Positions 37,021 to 51,200 are shown, counted from the whole stretch's first letter. The stretch: DNA of 63,976 bases, filler included, from Raillietiella orientalis (GCA_036172245.1; 17 parts of 17 records of this genome joined end to end with filler, not necessarily neighbours in it), one strand, 5' to 3'. Notes: generated by a model not told the origin, from the letters alone. Made by a program: numbers and translations.

Positions 37021-39907
37021 GCCGAAGTGGTCGCCAAGGTGAAGTTGTTGGACGAGGCGCAGATTCCGAGGGTTGCCCATATTGATGGGAACTCCCAGGA
37101 AGTGCATCTCAATCAAGAACGAGCTCGCCGCCACCATCCTGGAAACCCCCTGTCCCGTACCTGGAAGAGTCATCGTCTTACGGTTGTCCTGGTCCGAGAA
37201 CGTTCACCTGTTCCTAGTGAATGTTTACGGACCCCACCAATACAAGCACCGGTGCGCGGAGACGCTCCAGCAAGCCCTCCGACAAAAGGTCGCACCGAAG
37301 GACATCGTCATCATCGTTGGGGATTTTAACATCCCGGATGAAGTCGTCTATTCCCGGGACTTCAAAGGCAGGACGGCGTATCGACGGCTGTCCGACAAGT
37401 TCGGACTACTATAGCTAACAGCCAGCTACAAGCCGATCGACCACGTCCTCTACAGCTCCGATATAGGGAACCGCGTGCTCGGGTTTCGTGACACTCCGCA
37501 CTCATTGTCCGACCACCTGTTGATGCGGTTTTCCCTGAGGACCGAGAACCCTCGCCAAAAGAAGATACTCAGGGCGGCGCTCATCAACATGCCCGCATGG
37601 TTCGAAACGCTACCCTACCACCAAGAGCTTATAGAGGCGATTCTGCAGACTGCCACCATCAGCAGAGTCGCTGGTTGGAATAGCTTGAAACACCGAGTCC
37701 ACCTCTTCTGCAACATGTAGTTCAATGAGAAGAGATTGAGGCAGGAAGCGCACCGGAAGGTGAACATCCAAGATCGCTCCCTCTCGAGGTACTGCCAACA
37801 GTACGAAAGTCGGTACGTCTTCCAGAATATCAAGGGAGAAGTCGGCGTGCTGGAGAAGCTGGCAACAAATATCTTCTGCATCCAGTACGATGGTCGCGCC
37901 AGGCACACGTCGGAAAATATCACCGAAGCCTTCCAAAGGCACTGCGTGGAACACTTCCGACGCAGACATCTGTGCAAGTCATACGAAAATAGTTTCTTGA
38001 AACATCTGGAGAGAAGAGTCGACGAAAAGAATCGAAAGATGCTGGAAGAGAAAATCTCCGAAGTGAAAGCTGCGTTTAAGGACCTTCTCAAAGATGTGGC
38101 AGCAGGTCCTGATAGTGTTCCTATCTCACACTATCAACGGTACCTACATGCCTACCAGAGTTTGTTCCACCAGCTGACGCTACGCATCAGGGAAGGACGA
38201 CTACCTCAATCCTTATACGAGAGTAGGATGAGATTGCTGCCAAAAGGAGGCTACCTCACGCAGGTCACCCAATGGAGGCCAATCTTGATCCTCAACTCCG
38301 ATGCCAAGTGGTTGGCAAAGATCTGGGCCAACCGGTTAGGCAAGGTCATGCCGAAGCTGATCTCTACGGTCCAGGCATGCGCAGTGCCCGGACGCCACAT
38401 GTCGGACAATGTCAAGTGTGCCCAGGCTACCATTGGTCTCAGCCGATATATCGGCGAGAACTTGGTACTGGGTTTCACTGACACGGAGAAAGCTTTCGAT
38501 ACGGTGGACCACGGGATGCTGCTGAAGATTCTAGGCAGACTGGGCCTCCCGGAACAATTCAGCAACTTCGTGAAGATGATATTCGAAGAGCAAAACTTTC
38601 GAATCAAGATCAACGGTGAAACGACAACAGCCATCCGGATGGAGCGCGGAGTCCGCCTGGGCGATGCTCTAAGTCCGATGCTGTTTGTCATCTACATGGA
38701 GGCCCTATCGTCGTTCATCGGGAGAACTGGGTACCTCCAAGGAATCAACGTGGACAGGCAAAGGCTCATCCATATGGCCTACGCAGACGATCTTCTCTTC
38801 TCCTTAAAAGGGGAGAGAGATCAGCGAGGTTTTCTGCATGTGGTGGAGCTCATGAATGAAGGATTGGGCTTGAAGATCAACGCCCAGAGGAGCCAGATTT
38901 TGCCCGTCGGAATCCTGAACCTCTACACACTCACAAGGGAAGGATTCCGCACGGTGGATCGAATCAAGTACCTGGGTGTCCACATAGGAGATGCTTCAGC
39001 ATCCCAATTACTGTGGAAATAAATCCTAGGGAGAACAGCAGAGAAAGGAGCGAAGTACACCCGCTCGGATTTCAATATGAAGAAGAGGGCCAATCTTTGC
39101 AACGGAGTCCTCCTCCCGAAGATTCTCTTTGGAGCGGCCTTCTGCAGAATGCCCCAGTAACATCAAGAGCGAAGTCGAAAAGCTTCAACGAAGAACCTTC
39201 TGGGGAAAATACAGACCGAGAGTACTCCTCACTCCACCTTGTCGTCCTAAAGAAGAAGGAGGATCAGGGATGAAGTCGCTTGCACACGCCGTGGATATCA
39301 TGGACGTGCGAGAAATCCCGGAAATGTCTTCCAACTGGGACGACTGGCCGTACGCAGCGCACACGGCGTACTCGTTGTTATTGAACAACTCGAGAGGCCT
39401 GATGACTGCGCTGGTCGGCGGAGTTAGTAAATGGTCCACCATCGACCCGACGTGGCGACGGAAACAACAACTGATAAAAAGACAAAACCTGAAGATCATC
39501 CCAAAAAGCAGGAGGAATCCATCCTAGTTATCTCGTGGATGCTCCCCGTTCAGGATGACCCGAGGAGCTGGATATACCATCGCCCTTTTCATCACCGCCA
39601 TTATTGTGCGGTGGTGGAAGATGAGGACTACGAGGACCACTATATCTCCCCTGGACATCCTGAAAGGGCTCATCCAGAGGAAGATCGGCATCAGAAACTG
39701 CGGACGAGTGCAGGCCTGGAACTACCGACACATCCTGAGAATGATTGGAGGATGCACCTAGGCTCAAACGATACCCAGGTAATTAAGTGCAGTGAACTCT
39801 TCAGAGACCCAAAGAAGCAGACTTCAAGCGAACACCAGTGGAATGAAGTGCAGTTTATGTGCTATTTGTATGAATGAGATTGTAGTGTGAATGAAAAAGA
39901 AAATAAA
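37021..39907 (+). mobile_element. Family G-related element, internally deleted and decayed, with probable 3' end
   Basis: ORF1 fragment joined directly to EN; RT ORF 37736-39022 (DTEKAFD, YADD, KYLG); A-rich end AAAAAGAAAATAAA at ~39894-39907. Confidence 0.88.
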
Positions 39908-40789
39908 TTTACTCCACCCCTTGTGTGGACTTGAATGAAACGCTGAGAATACGTGGATGCTTTTCCTTATGATTAAAACTCCTTATTTATGAGAATTGTC
40001 ATATGGATGGTGATTTTATCGACGGTGGCGTTTCTTGCAAGTACGAAAGAGCGTTACGAAGTCTTCATGCGTCTTGTTACCCCATCGTGAATTTGGCATC
40101 CTTGAAAAGATGGACAGTGTGATTGACTGAAAACATGAATGGATTCCCATTTACAACTTGAAATGCCGTAAATTGGGTTCTTACAAAAGCATTGGAGAGT
40201 CGGTCCCCTCGAATCGAAAAACATGTTAATAGGGATGAAGGTGATTCAGCTCTTGAAGTGATCAGTTCTTGTTCATTGTAGCTTCTGTACCTATTATTCA
40301 ACATAAATTTTTAAAAAGGCGCAATAGCTAGAGGAATCACACTAGATGGGAAGATACACAAAGTGACTAATGATTTAAACTGGTTGCGTAAGCGAGCATT
40401 GAATTATTATTAGTAGTATTAGCAAACACAGGGCAAATTTGGACAACACGGTGATCTTAAGTATAACGGGGAGCGTTGCGTGGATTTTTGTAGTAGGCAC
40501 GCTAACTCAATGGTACTTTAACAGTCCCTTCTTTCATTCACCGTGGAACTTGCAATTCCTTTTGAAGCTAAACAGCAAATCAAGCGTTCGATTTCCCGAT
40601 ACAAAATTATCCCGTTATCCAATACCCGTAGTTTTTTTTTCTTTTTTTCTGTTTTCGTTTCTCACATTATCAAGGTGAACATACGCCAGNNNNNNNNNNN
40701 NNNNNNNNNNNNNNNNNNNNNNNNNNNNNNNNNTTAATTAATTAANNNNNNNNNNNNNNNNNNNNNNNNNNNNNNNNNNNNNNNNNNNN

Positions 40790-43096
40790 GAGGTCAAGAC
40801 CGCCGTCCCGACGCGGAGCGCACAAGTCCTTTAAGCGGATCGGGCCCTCCCGTTGCCCCAAAGGGCGATAAGAAGAAGGACCTTTGTCCGCTATTAATCC
40901 TCTCTGTGGGGGGACAAACAAAAAGCAGGGGGCGGAGGAGAGGAGCCGCGAACGTGTTGTAAACCGCGGCCCCTTCAGGCAGAAGAAACCTGCCGCCTAG
41001 GAACGGGCCGTTCGCCGTCTCTACTTTTTGGAGGCAGCAGGACCACGCTTCCGCAGGGGAGTAGTCCCCCAACGGCACACCAAGGTACTTAAAGAACCTC
41101 ACCGTGGGGATCCCTAAACGGACCCAGTCCTGCTGCCCTACCCACGCCGCACCAACTGGCATCACGGACGACTTCGTTCTGTCCCCCGTAAGTCCGGCTC
41201 CCCGATGTAGCAAATCGAAGAACTCCTCGACCGCCGCAGCCGGGGTGGACATAGGGAGCAGCAGCAGAAGGTCGTCCGCGTACGCTGAAACGGCCGGCCT
41301 ACCGGTACTGTCGTGCGGCAGGTGCGCCAGAGTTCCTCTGTACGCTCTCAGTACCAATTCAAAGTAGTTACTGAAAAGCAAGGGGCTCAGGCTGTCTCCC
41401 TGTCGTTTCCCACGTCGTACCGGCACACGGTGCACGGTCTGCCCGCTGAAAGAAACGTTGATGAGAGCGTCGCTCCAGCAGGAGCGCAGATAGGCCACTA
41501 ATGAGGCCTGGAAGCCCAAGCGTTCCAAAAGCTCCAGCAGGAGTCTCTGGTCGACGCTGTCGAATGCTTTACGCAAGTCGACAGCGACCGCAAGTGCTTC
41601 CTCCCCCATCCGACCATCCGTCGCATGACTGACGGACTCACCGGAATTCCCGGTGCGCATCAAGCCCCTTTCGTGTTGGAGCTCTAGCCAGGTGGAAGCG
41701 TGGAACAGGTTCGCCTTCATGCTTCGCCCGGGAACAGCATATGTCTGTTCCGGGCTGATGAAGATGCTAGCAACCCGTCCCAGACGCTCTGCGTAAACCT
41801 TAGCAACTTGCCGTCCGCATTCACTATTGTGATGGGACGCCAGTTGTTGATGCTCCTCAGATCTCCTCCCTTAGGGAGGAGCCGCACCTTTGCTGAACGA
41901 AATGAGGCGGGTACGTCACTTGTTTCGCGTATCAGCAAGGTGAGTTGCTGTACCAGAAGGGGAAGCTCAGCCGCGAAAGTTTGGTAAAATTCCGCGGGCA
42001 GGCCGTCCTCCCCTGGAGCCTTCCGCCTCTTGAGCTTTCCGATGGCCGAGAGGATCTCGTCCATCGTGAAAGGCTCGTCGATGGTCTTTCTCTGCTCCTT
42101 TCCGATCGCTGGAGCGCCTTCCGGAAGCAGGAGTCGTGAGACGTTCCTCTCCGGAGGTGCCATGCCATACAGGGAGGAGTAGTAACTCCGCAGCAGGCCG
42201 CGGATTTGGGCAGGTGCCGAGTGCTCCTGGCCCTGATCGTCCAGCAAGCTGGCCGATCCGGACTGCCAGGCTTGCCTCTCGGCTCCCGCTCTGTATTCCG
42301 CCAGCCTGTATTCCTGCTGGCGTAACGACGGTCCTGCAGGTAGGATCGTTTCTTACGGACTTGGGTCCCAAAACCCGTTGGTAGGCGGTGCAGAGGGAAC
42401 TGGTCGCAGAACTCCTGTACCGACCGCTTGAAGCGTTCCCAATCCTGGAGTGTCCGCAGCCTGAAGCTCCGTGTAAACGTGCGATGTTCCGTCGCGTCCG
42501 GGAGCGGCAGCCAGTCCCCTGGGAGACGCCACGCGGACAAGGGGGGGCCATGTCGCGCGGATGGATCTCGAGGACTAGAAGGCGATGGTCGGACAGCTCG
42601 CACGGTAACTTGCAGCGCCTGCCCACGCGAGGGCACAGGTGCTCGTCAAGAAACACGTGGTCAATGCTGTCTTCCATCCCCGGTGCACTGGCCAACAAAT
42701 TACGGTTGTGCACCGCCATGCACACCTCGTTGACCAGGTCACTCGGGATTCTGCCCATCTGGTTTCAGGCGAACGTTGAAATCGCCTGCAACCAGATGGG
42801 CATTCCGCACGCTTGCTTCGGTCAGCCAGTCTCGCCGGAGGGCAAGGAAAAACTCTTTCCTCGCCCTCCTGGTCATCAGGTTTGCGCCGCTTCGTGCGCA
42901 CACGTTCGTGACGATCAGATCGATCGAGTCACACCACCTGAGAGTCAGCTGGCCGACACGACCGTGATCGTCGAATTGCACGGACCGTGCCGCGGCCTAG
43001 ACGGCTGGGTGAAGCAGGTAGGCGACACCGCAACTTTTCGCTCTCACACACCTGTACCATAGCCCCCCTCCGGAGATCCGTTCGATCTCCTGCGCT
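40790..43096 (-). mobile_element. Family A/F-type ORF2 (EN-RT), decayed; host of the family D insertion
   Basis: AGDFN, SDH, WRPITIVN, DLRKAFD, YADD; homology to family A stops at AQEIER (43096). Confidence 0.92.
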
Positions 43097-44414
43097 CCTA
43101 AAGTGCAGTCGTGTTTCCGCGTCTATCCGCGCCAACGATCGGGCAACTTTGTGCCTGCGTTTTCGCTCGCACTTGTGTGTTCCTCTGCAATCTGCCAAGT
43201 AGCATAGTGCAACATGGCCAGTACACAGAATAGTGTGGAGGAGCAAGCCACCGGATGCACTTCAGCTGCACTTGAAGTGGCCGCATCCTCCGTAATGGTT
43301 TCCTCGCCCTCGCCGCCGTTACCTCCCGAAGACCAGGACCCTGCGATGCGGAGTTCCAGGCATATGCGTCATCAGGATACATCGCTGCACTCCGTTATAA
43401 GGTCAGTGGGCCCCTTAACGGGAGAATCGGTCGTGAGCTCAATGATGAACTCGTCCGGATCGGCGTTCGCGAGGAGGAACTCCTTGCCATAATGCCTGCT
43501 GGCAGGATGGAATATACGAAGATTCGGTGCAAGAACGCAGCACCTGTGCAGCGCCTTCTCCGTACGCCGTTAACCATCAATGGCAAGGAAGTCCTACCTA
43601 CCGCGATGGACGACTCTTTTGTCGTTCAATTGTGCGACATCGAACCGGAAATCTCCGACCGCGATGTCGTAAGTGTGCTGGCGATGTTCGCCACCGTGCA
43701 CGCTCTGTGGAGGAGGCCAAATCCTCTAAAGAATTTCCCCTCTGTCCACATTGGACAAGCCTCCGCGCTGATCACCGTCGCGAACAGGCGTGTTGTGCCT
43801 GAGCAGCTGCAGGTGAACGGCACGGTCGTTCACCTGCAGTTCATAGGCCAGAATCGCGCGTGCGAGCAGTGCGGCAAGGATGGGCACCGAATTAAAGAGT
43901 GCCCCTCTCCAAGATGCCGCTATTGCAAAGATTCCGGGCACGAAATCAAACAGTGCCCGGTACTTGCAAGAAAAAGAGCCGCAGCGAAAATTCGTCGGGT
44001 TCAAGAGACCACTGCACGAAAAGCCGCAGCGACAAATAAAAAACGTCGTCCGCAAAAACACGGGAAGAACAACAAGCGAACCGCGGGTGAAAATAAAGCA
44101 TCCCCACCAGCAACGCCCCGAAAAGTAAAAATTAACGGCGGGAAAGCCAATTAAAAAGGGGCGCGAGGGTTTGACGCGTGCCGTGCCTTCCCTCTCTGCC
44201 GAACTCGCAGGCACCTCTCCGAGCCAGGAACCGGGAAATCTCCGTAACACCCTGGAGGGAAAGGTAAGAAAACAGGAAGATCGCAACAGTGCGAAGACTT
44301 CTTGCCCCGTTCCGTTGTCCCTTACGAGTTCCGGACAGCCCCACTGCAAAGGCTACGAAAGCCATAAAAAGCAGCGTCGCGACGAGCAAAAGCGCGCTGC
44401 ATGCAGTCGCCGCA
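43097..44414 (+). mobile_element. Family D element, 5' end and ORF1 (~43214-44154, frameshifted)
   Basis: ORF1 homologous to family E (CEQCGKDGHRIKEC, CRYCKDSGHEIKQC). Confidence 0.87.
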
Positions 44415-44514
44415 NNNNNNNNNNNNNNNNNNNNNNNNNNNNNNNNNNNNNNNNNNNNTTAATTAATTAANNNNNNNNNNNNNNNNNNNNNNNNNNNNNN
44501 NNNNNNNNNNNNNN

Positions 44515-47236
44515 AGTGCGTCCGCCGTACACGCGTAGTCAAGCGCTACTTCTCCTCGTTGTACGCGGAGGAGCCCACGGAACGCAGTCTCTCCGAGCTG
44601 CTTCTTCCGACGGGTAACCCTGCTATCGACGAAGAGGAACGCGCTAGATTGGAATGGCCCTTCACGGCGGAAGAAGTATCTTCTGTCATAGCAGGCCTGA
44701 AGAGGCGTAAGGCGCGTGGGGAGGTTGGCCTGCCCGCGGAGTTCTTTCAGTGCTTCGCGGCGGAGCTCGTCTTCCTGGTGCTAAGCCTTTCCTCGCTGAT
44801 GCGTGATACGGGTGATGTCCCTGTTTCTTTCCGCTCAGCAAAGGTACGGCTCCTGCCGAAAGGCGGGGATTTGCGGCACCTCAGCAACTGGCGTCCGATC
44901 ACATTGGTGAATTCGGACGTCAAGTTCTTCTCCAGGCTATGGGTCGCACGCCTGGGTAGATTCGCAGAGTGCTTGGCAAGTCCGGAGCAGACGTATGCTG
45001 TTCAGGGGCGGTCCATGGACGCAAATCTCTTCTTCGGGCGAACATGCTTCGAGCTGCAGCAGCGCGTAGCGCAGCAGAACCAGGCAGCCGAAATCGCCGC
45101 TGCCAAAGGTAAGCGGCGGTGTTGAAGGCACGATGGAACGCCGTGAGCCTTAGCGGTCGCCGTCGATCTCTGCAAAGCGTTCGACAGCGTAAACCAGGAC
45201 CTCCTTCTGGATCTTCTGGGACGCCTAGGCCTCCCGACGCACCTCATCGCCTACTTGCGCTCATGCTGGCACCACGCGTTATGCTGTATATCTTTCACCT
45301 GGCGCCACGTGTACGGCATTCCCATACGCAGGGGTATCAGGCAGGGAGACAGCTTAAGCCCCCTGCTCTTCAGCATCTTCTTTGAGTTGGTGCTGAGGGC
45401 GCCCAGGCTAACGCTGGCCAACCTGCCGAGCTCCTGCCCGGGAACACCGGCCGTGGCCGCCTTTGCTGACGACCTTCTCCTGCTACTGCCCATGCCCACC
45501 CCGGCGTCCAGGCTCGAGGACTTCTTCGAGCTCATTCTTCGGGGAGCATGCCTGAGCGTTAACAGGACGAAAGCAACCGTTGTACCGGTTGGCTCTACGT
45601 TGGAGGGGCAGTCCAACTGGATCCGCCTGGGGATCCCCATGGGCAGGTGCTTGAAGTACCTCGGCGTTCCCTTGAGCGCCTTCTGTTCAGCAGAAGCGTG
45701 GTCGCACTGCCTTCACAAGCACGAGACTGCTGTGGGCCCGTTCCAAGGCGGCAGGTTTCTCCTGTCGGAACGGGCCTTCGTGTGGAACATTTTCGTTGCC
45801 CCCCTCCTCCGTCCCCTCTTTTTTGTTTGTCCCCCTCCCTACTCGGCTAAGCGCCTAGTGCAACGCCTGTTGCGTAACGCCCTGTGGGGATCGACGAGGT
45901 CCAGGATACGCCTGAAGAAGTTGGCGGCTCCTCGGCGGGATGCAGCTTCGGGCATCCTGACGCTAGAGCGGATCGGACTGCTAGTGCAGTTCCGCATGCT
46001 GGCACTTTGTGCGCAGCTCTGGACTACTCCCTGGTGTGCTCCAGCGCGGCTGCTGCTGCGGCGCTGCACGGGTGGCGACGGACTACGTTCGTTGCATCTG
46101 CGCACGGTGCGCGCCCAGAGAGGATACGGCTTTCCTTTGCAGCAGCTCGCCACGCTTCTAGGAAAGCATAAGTGGATCTCCTGCCAACCGACGAACTTCA
46201 ACGCCTGGAGGCAGGAAGCCTTATCGTCCTGGGCAGCGCAACAGGATGTGTCCCGTTTGGAACTCCGTTGCGCGAACCTTTTCCCATACTGTCCAGTGAG
46301 GGAGGTGCTTGAAGACCAGGACCAGTGGACACGCCTAGCCGCTACGCCCCTCGCCGAAGCACTGTCTGCCCTGATGGTGCGAGATGACAGTGACCTGCCG
46401 GCGAGGTGGGAAATCACTTGCGAAATCGCAGGCGAAACCCGACTGCTGGGCGTTTGGCGGACTTGCGAAGTGGCAGACGCTGCCACACCTCGCATTCTTG
46501 CAAAGGGGCTTCTCCGGTGGAGTGAGCTCCTCGGGGTGCCCATTGATGAACTTGTGGTGCCTTCTGCGTGTTTATACGCAACTCTCTTCCCCCTTCGGTG
46601 GAAGCAGGACGCTTCTCTGCTGGTGCATTGGGGTTTGCACTGCAACCAGCGGGCGCACCTGGTTTACGGAGGAGTTGCGTCCCCGAACTGTGCTAAATGC
46701 AAAGCGTTGGAAACGCTACCGCATTTCTTGTTTGAGTGCGGTGCCCTCCAGGAGCCGCGGCAGCGGCTGTCTTCAGCGCTCATGCATCCTGGACACACCT
46801 CACTAGATTGGATGCTCCGCTTCTACACGCGTGGTGGACTTTCTCTTGGAGCGGTCGTTGCAATCATCTGCTGCGTCCGCGCCATTGTCAGGGCGCGCCA
46901 CGTATTGCAGATGCGAGCAGTCCCAACATCGGTCCCCGACACCGCAGCCTGCAGCCTGCAAATGGCTGCCGGGTGGCCACATCTTGGGCAGAAGTGAGGA
47001 CGGAGATAGGCGGCCTTCACCGCCAGTACTGAGAATAGGAACGGTTAGACTGTAAACCCCTGTCCCCGCCCTCGCACTTGATCTATTTATTAATGGTGGC
47101 CCCCTCTCCCGTTCCGAACTGTCAGTGTGCCCGGACTGCGTGCCGGGAATTCTACTCCCCATTTTCTGTTCCCCTTGCCTGGGAACACAGTTCCCTGTTG
47201 ATATTATAATAAACGTCCCGGTGCAACCGAATAATA
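44515..47236 (+). mobile_element. Family C element, RT to 3' end, decayed
   Basis: WRPITLVN, DLCKAFD, FADD, KYLG, CAKC...HFLFEC; AATAAA ~47208 and terminal hairpin. Confidence 0.93.
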
Positions 47237-48112
47237 AACGACAACGCTGCATTCCTTAATTTGCTCGCTTGCCTGCTGTTTTTTCTGGTGGTACGAGAGC
47301 TTTTTATCCATCCTCATCTCCTTCTTTGATTTTTTGGCCGTAGGCACCTGCCACCCAGGCTCCTGGCTTGTTCCTTCGACTTGTTCGGCGTTGCTCGCCG
47401 AGGTCTCGGGCGCGGCCTGGGCCTTGGGCGCGGGTGGCACAGCCTTCAAAGCAGCTTTCGCCGCCAGCCTTTTCTGCAGAAGCCGGGCACGTTTTTTAAG
47501 GCTTCTCTTGGAAAACACCCGCACTGCTGCTTTAGGGCACACCTCCCTCTTGTGGCCCATGATTCCGCATACTTGGCACTGCACGTTGGTACACCTCTTT
47601 TTGAGGTGGCCCGACGTATTGCAGAAGCCACAGTATTTCGGCTTCCCCACATACCAGAGGTCGACGGTTTCGCCTTCGACCTTCAGTTTGTGGGGAAGAG
47701 TGCATCCCTATCAAACCGTCAAGCGCGCACACGTGAGGCCGTGTTGCAGCCCCGTGTAGTCCTCGAAAGGACTAACTTTCGTCCACTGCGCGTGGACCGT
47801 TCCGTATTCCTTCAACGCGGCGCGAACCTGTTCCTTGCGCATCCGCGCGGTAACACCTAGCTGGTGGACCACCATGCTGCGGTCCGCCGTAATAGGGAGG
47901 AGCCTGCGCGTCCCCATCACCACGGGGGTTTTAAGCAGTCGTTGTGCCAGCTCTGCTTGTTTGCAGATGACCTCAACGTACTGACCCCCGCTGCGGATGG
48001 TCATAGCGCTCAGCTCCTCCTCTTTAACATCGAGAGCACGCATGCCCTTCGAGAAGGCGCGCGCGCTCTCTAAAGAATATAAATTGCCTACCTTGTAGAA
48101 CAATGAGGGGTA
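47237..48112 (-). mobile_element. Family A-type ORF1 fragment, host of the family C insertion
   Basis: Collinear with 15400-16279 up to KECSVVV. Confidence 0.92.
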
Positions 48113-48212
48113 NNNNNNNNNNNNNNNNNNNNNNNNNNNNNNNNNNNNNNNNNNNNTTAATTAATTAANNNNNNNNNNNNNNNNNNNNNNNNNNNNNNNN
48201 NNNNNNNNNNNN

Positions 48213-51200
48213 GACGGTGTTGTTTTCATGGTAACCAGGGTCGGACTTACAAGGGGAATATTCTCGTTCGCTCCCATTCATTATGTGGACACCTTTGCAA
48301 CTTTTGGAGATTTGTGTTCAATTAGAAAACAGAAGATTTCACCATTGCACTTTTGCGCCTCTTCACGAAGTATCCTTTTGCAGTGAGTGGCAAATCCCTT
48401 TCATGGAGAGCCGCAAGCCCTTCCAATCTCCGTTTTCAGAGGATGATTAAGAAGAGTTCGAAACTTCATTAGGGCGTGGCACTTTGGACTCTGTCTTCTT
48501 TTCATGGTAACCAGTGTCGGACTTTCAAGGGGAATATTCTCCTTCGCTCCCTTTCATTATGTGGTCCAACTTTGCAGCTTTGGGGGATTTGTATTCAATT
48601 AGAAAACAGAACATTTCACCATTGCACTTTTGCACCTCTTCACGAAGCATCCTTTTGCAGTGAGTGGCAAATACCTTTCATAGAGAGCCGAAAGCCCTTC
48701 CAATCTCTGCTTTCAGAGGATGATTAAGAAGAGTTCGAAATTTCATTAGGCAGTGGCACTTTGGACTCTGTCTTGTTTTCATGGTGACCAGTGTCGGACT
48801 AACAAAGGGAATATTCTCCTTCGCTCTCATTCATTATGCGGTCCAACATTGCAGCTTTTACGGATATTCAAGAAATTCGAAAACAGAAGATTTCACTATT
48901 GCACTTTTGCGCCTCTTCACGAAGCATCCTTTTGCACTGAGTGGCAAATCCCTTTCATGGAGAGCCGCAATCCCTTCCAATCTCTGCTTTCAGAGGATGA
49001 TTAAGAAGAGTTCGAAATTTCATTAGGGCGTGGCACTGTGGACTCTGTCTTGTTTTCATGGTAACCAGTGTCGGACTTACAAAGGGAATATTCTCCTTCG
49101 CTCCCTTTCATTATGTGGTCCAACTTTGCAGCTTTGGGGGATTTGTATTCAATTAGAAAACAGAACATTTCACCATTGCACTTTTGCACCTCTTCACGAA
49201 GCATCCTTTTGCAGTGAGTGGCAAATACCTTTCATAGAGAGCCGAAAGCCCTTCCAATCTCTGCTTTCAGAGGATGATTAAGAAGAGTTCGAAATTTCAT
49301 TAGGGCGTGGCACTGTGGACTCTGTCTTGTTTTCATGGTAACCAGTGTCGGACTTACAAGGGGAATATTCTCGTTCGCTCCCATTCCTTATTTGGTCCAA
49401 CTTTGCAGCTTTTGGGGATTTGTATTCAATTAGAAAACAGAAGATTTCTTCAATGCACTTTTGCACCTTTTCACGAAGCATCCTTTTGCAGTGAGTGGCA
49501 AATACCTTTCATGGAGAGCAGAAAGCCCTTCCAATCTCTGCTTTCAGAGGATGATTAAGAAGAGTTCGAAATTTCATTAGGGCGTGGCACTTTAGACTCT
49601 GTGTTGTTTTCATGGTAACCAGTGTCGGACTTACAAGGGGAATATTCTCGTTCGCTCCCATTCCTTATTTGGTCCAACTTTGCAACTTTTGGAGATTTGT
49701 ATTCAATTAAAAACAGAAGATTTCACCATTGCACTTTTGCGCCTTTTCACGAAGTATCCTTTTGCAGTGAGTGGCAAATCCCTTTCATGGAGAGCCGAAA
49801 GCCCTTCCAATCTCTGCTTTCAGAGGATGATTAAGAAGAGTTCGAAATTTCATTAGGGAGTGGCACTTTAGACTCTGTGTTGTTTTCATGGTAACCAGTG
49901 TCGGACTTACAAGGGGAATATTCTCGTTCGCTCCCATTCATTATGTGATCCAACTTTGCAGCTTTTGGGGATTTGTATTCAATTAGAAAACAGAAGATTT
50001 CACCATTGCACTTTTGCACCTCTTCACGAAGCATCCTTTTGCAGTGAGTGGCAAATCCTTTTCATGGAGAGCCGAAAGCCCTTCCAATCTCTGCTTTCAG
50101 AGGATGATTAAGAAGAGTTCCAAACTTCATTAGGGCGTGGCACTTTGGACTCGGTCTTGTTTTCAAGGTAACCAGTGTCGGACTTTCAAAGGGAATATTC
50201 TCCTTCGCTCCCTTTCATTATGTGGTCCAACTTTGCAGCTTTTGGGGATTTGTATTCAATTAGAAAACAGAAGATTTCACCATTACACTTTTGCACCTCT
50301 TCAGGAAGCATCCTTTTGCAGTGAGTGGCAAATACCTTTCATGGAGAGCCGAAAGCCCTTCCAATCTCTGCTTTCAGAGGATGATTAAGAAGAGTTCGAA
50401 ATTTCATTAGGGAGTGGCACTTTAGACTCTGTGTTGTTTTCATGGTAACCAGTGTCGGACTTACAAGGGGAATATTCTGGTTCGCTCCCATTCATTATGT
50501 GATCCAACTTTGCAGCTTTTGGGGATTTGTATTCAATTAGAAAACAGAAGATTTCACCATTGCACTTTTGCACCTCTTCACGAAGCATCCTTTTGCAGTG
50601 AGTGGCAAATCCTTTTCATGGAGAGCCGAAAGCCCTTCCAATCTCTGCTTTCAGAGGATGATTAAGAAGAGTTCGAAATTTCATTAGGGCGTGGCACATT
50701 GGACTCTGTGTTGTTTTCATGGTAACTAGAGTCGGACTTACAAGGGGAATATTCTCGTTCGCTCCCATTCATTATGTGGTCCAACTTTGCAACTTTTGGA
50801 GATTTGTATTCAATTAGAAAACAGAAGATTTCACCATTGCACTTTTGCACCTCTTCGCGAAGCATCCTGTTGCAGTGAGTGGCAAATACCTTTCATGGAG
50901 AGCCGAAAGCCCTTCCAATTTCTGCTTTCAGAGGATGATTAAGAAGAGTACGAAATTTCATTAGGGCGTGGCACTTTGGACTCTGTGTTGTTTTCATGGT
51001 AACCAGGGTCGGACTTACAAGGGGAATATTCTCGTTCGCTCCCATTCATTATGTGGACCAACTTTGCAACTTTTGGAGATTTGTGTTCAATTAGAAAACA
51101 GAAGATTTCACCATTGCACTTTTGCGCCTCTTCACGAAGTATCCTTTTGCAGTGAGTGGCAAATCCCTTTCATGGAGAGCCGCAAGCCCTTCCAATCTCT

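Noticed and set aside
39908..40689. AT-rich unique DNA with short ORFs
   Set aside because: No recognisable motif or gene structure.
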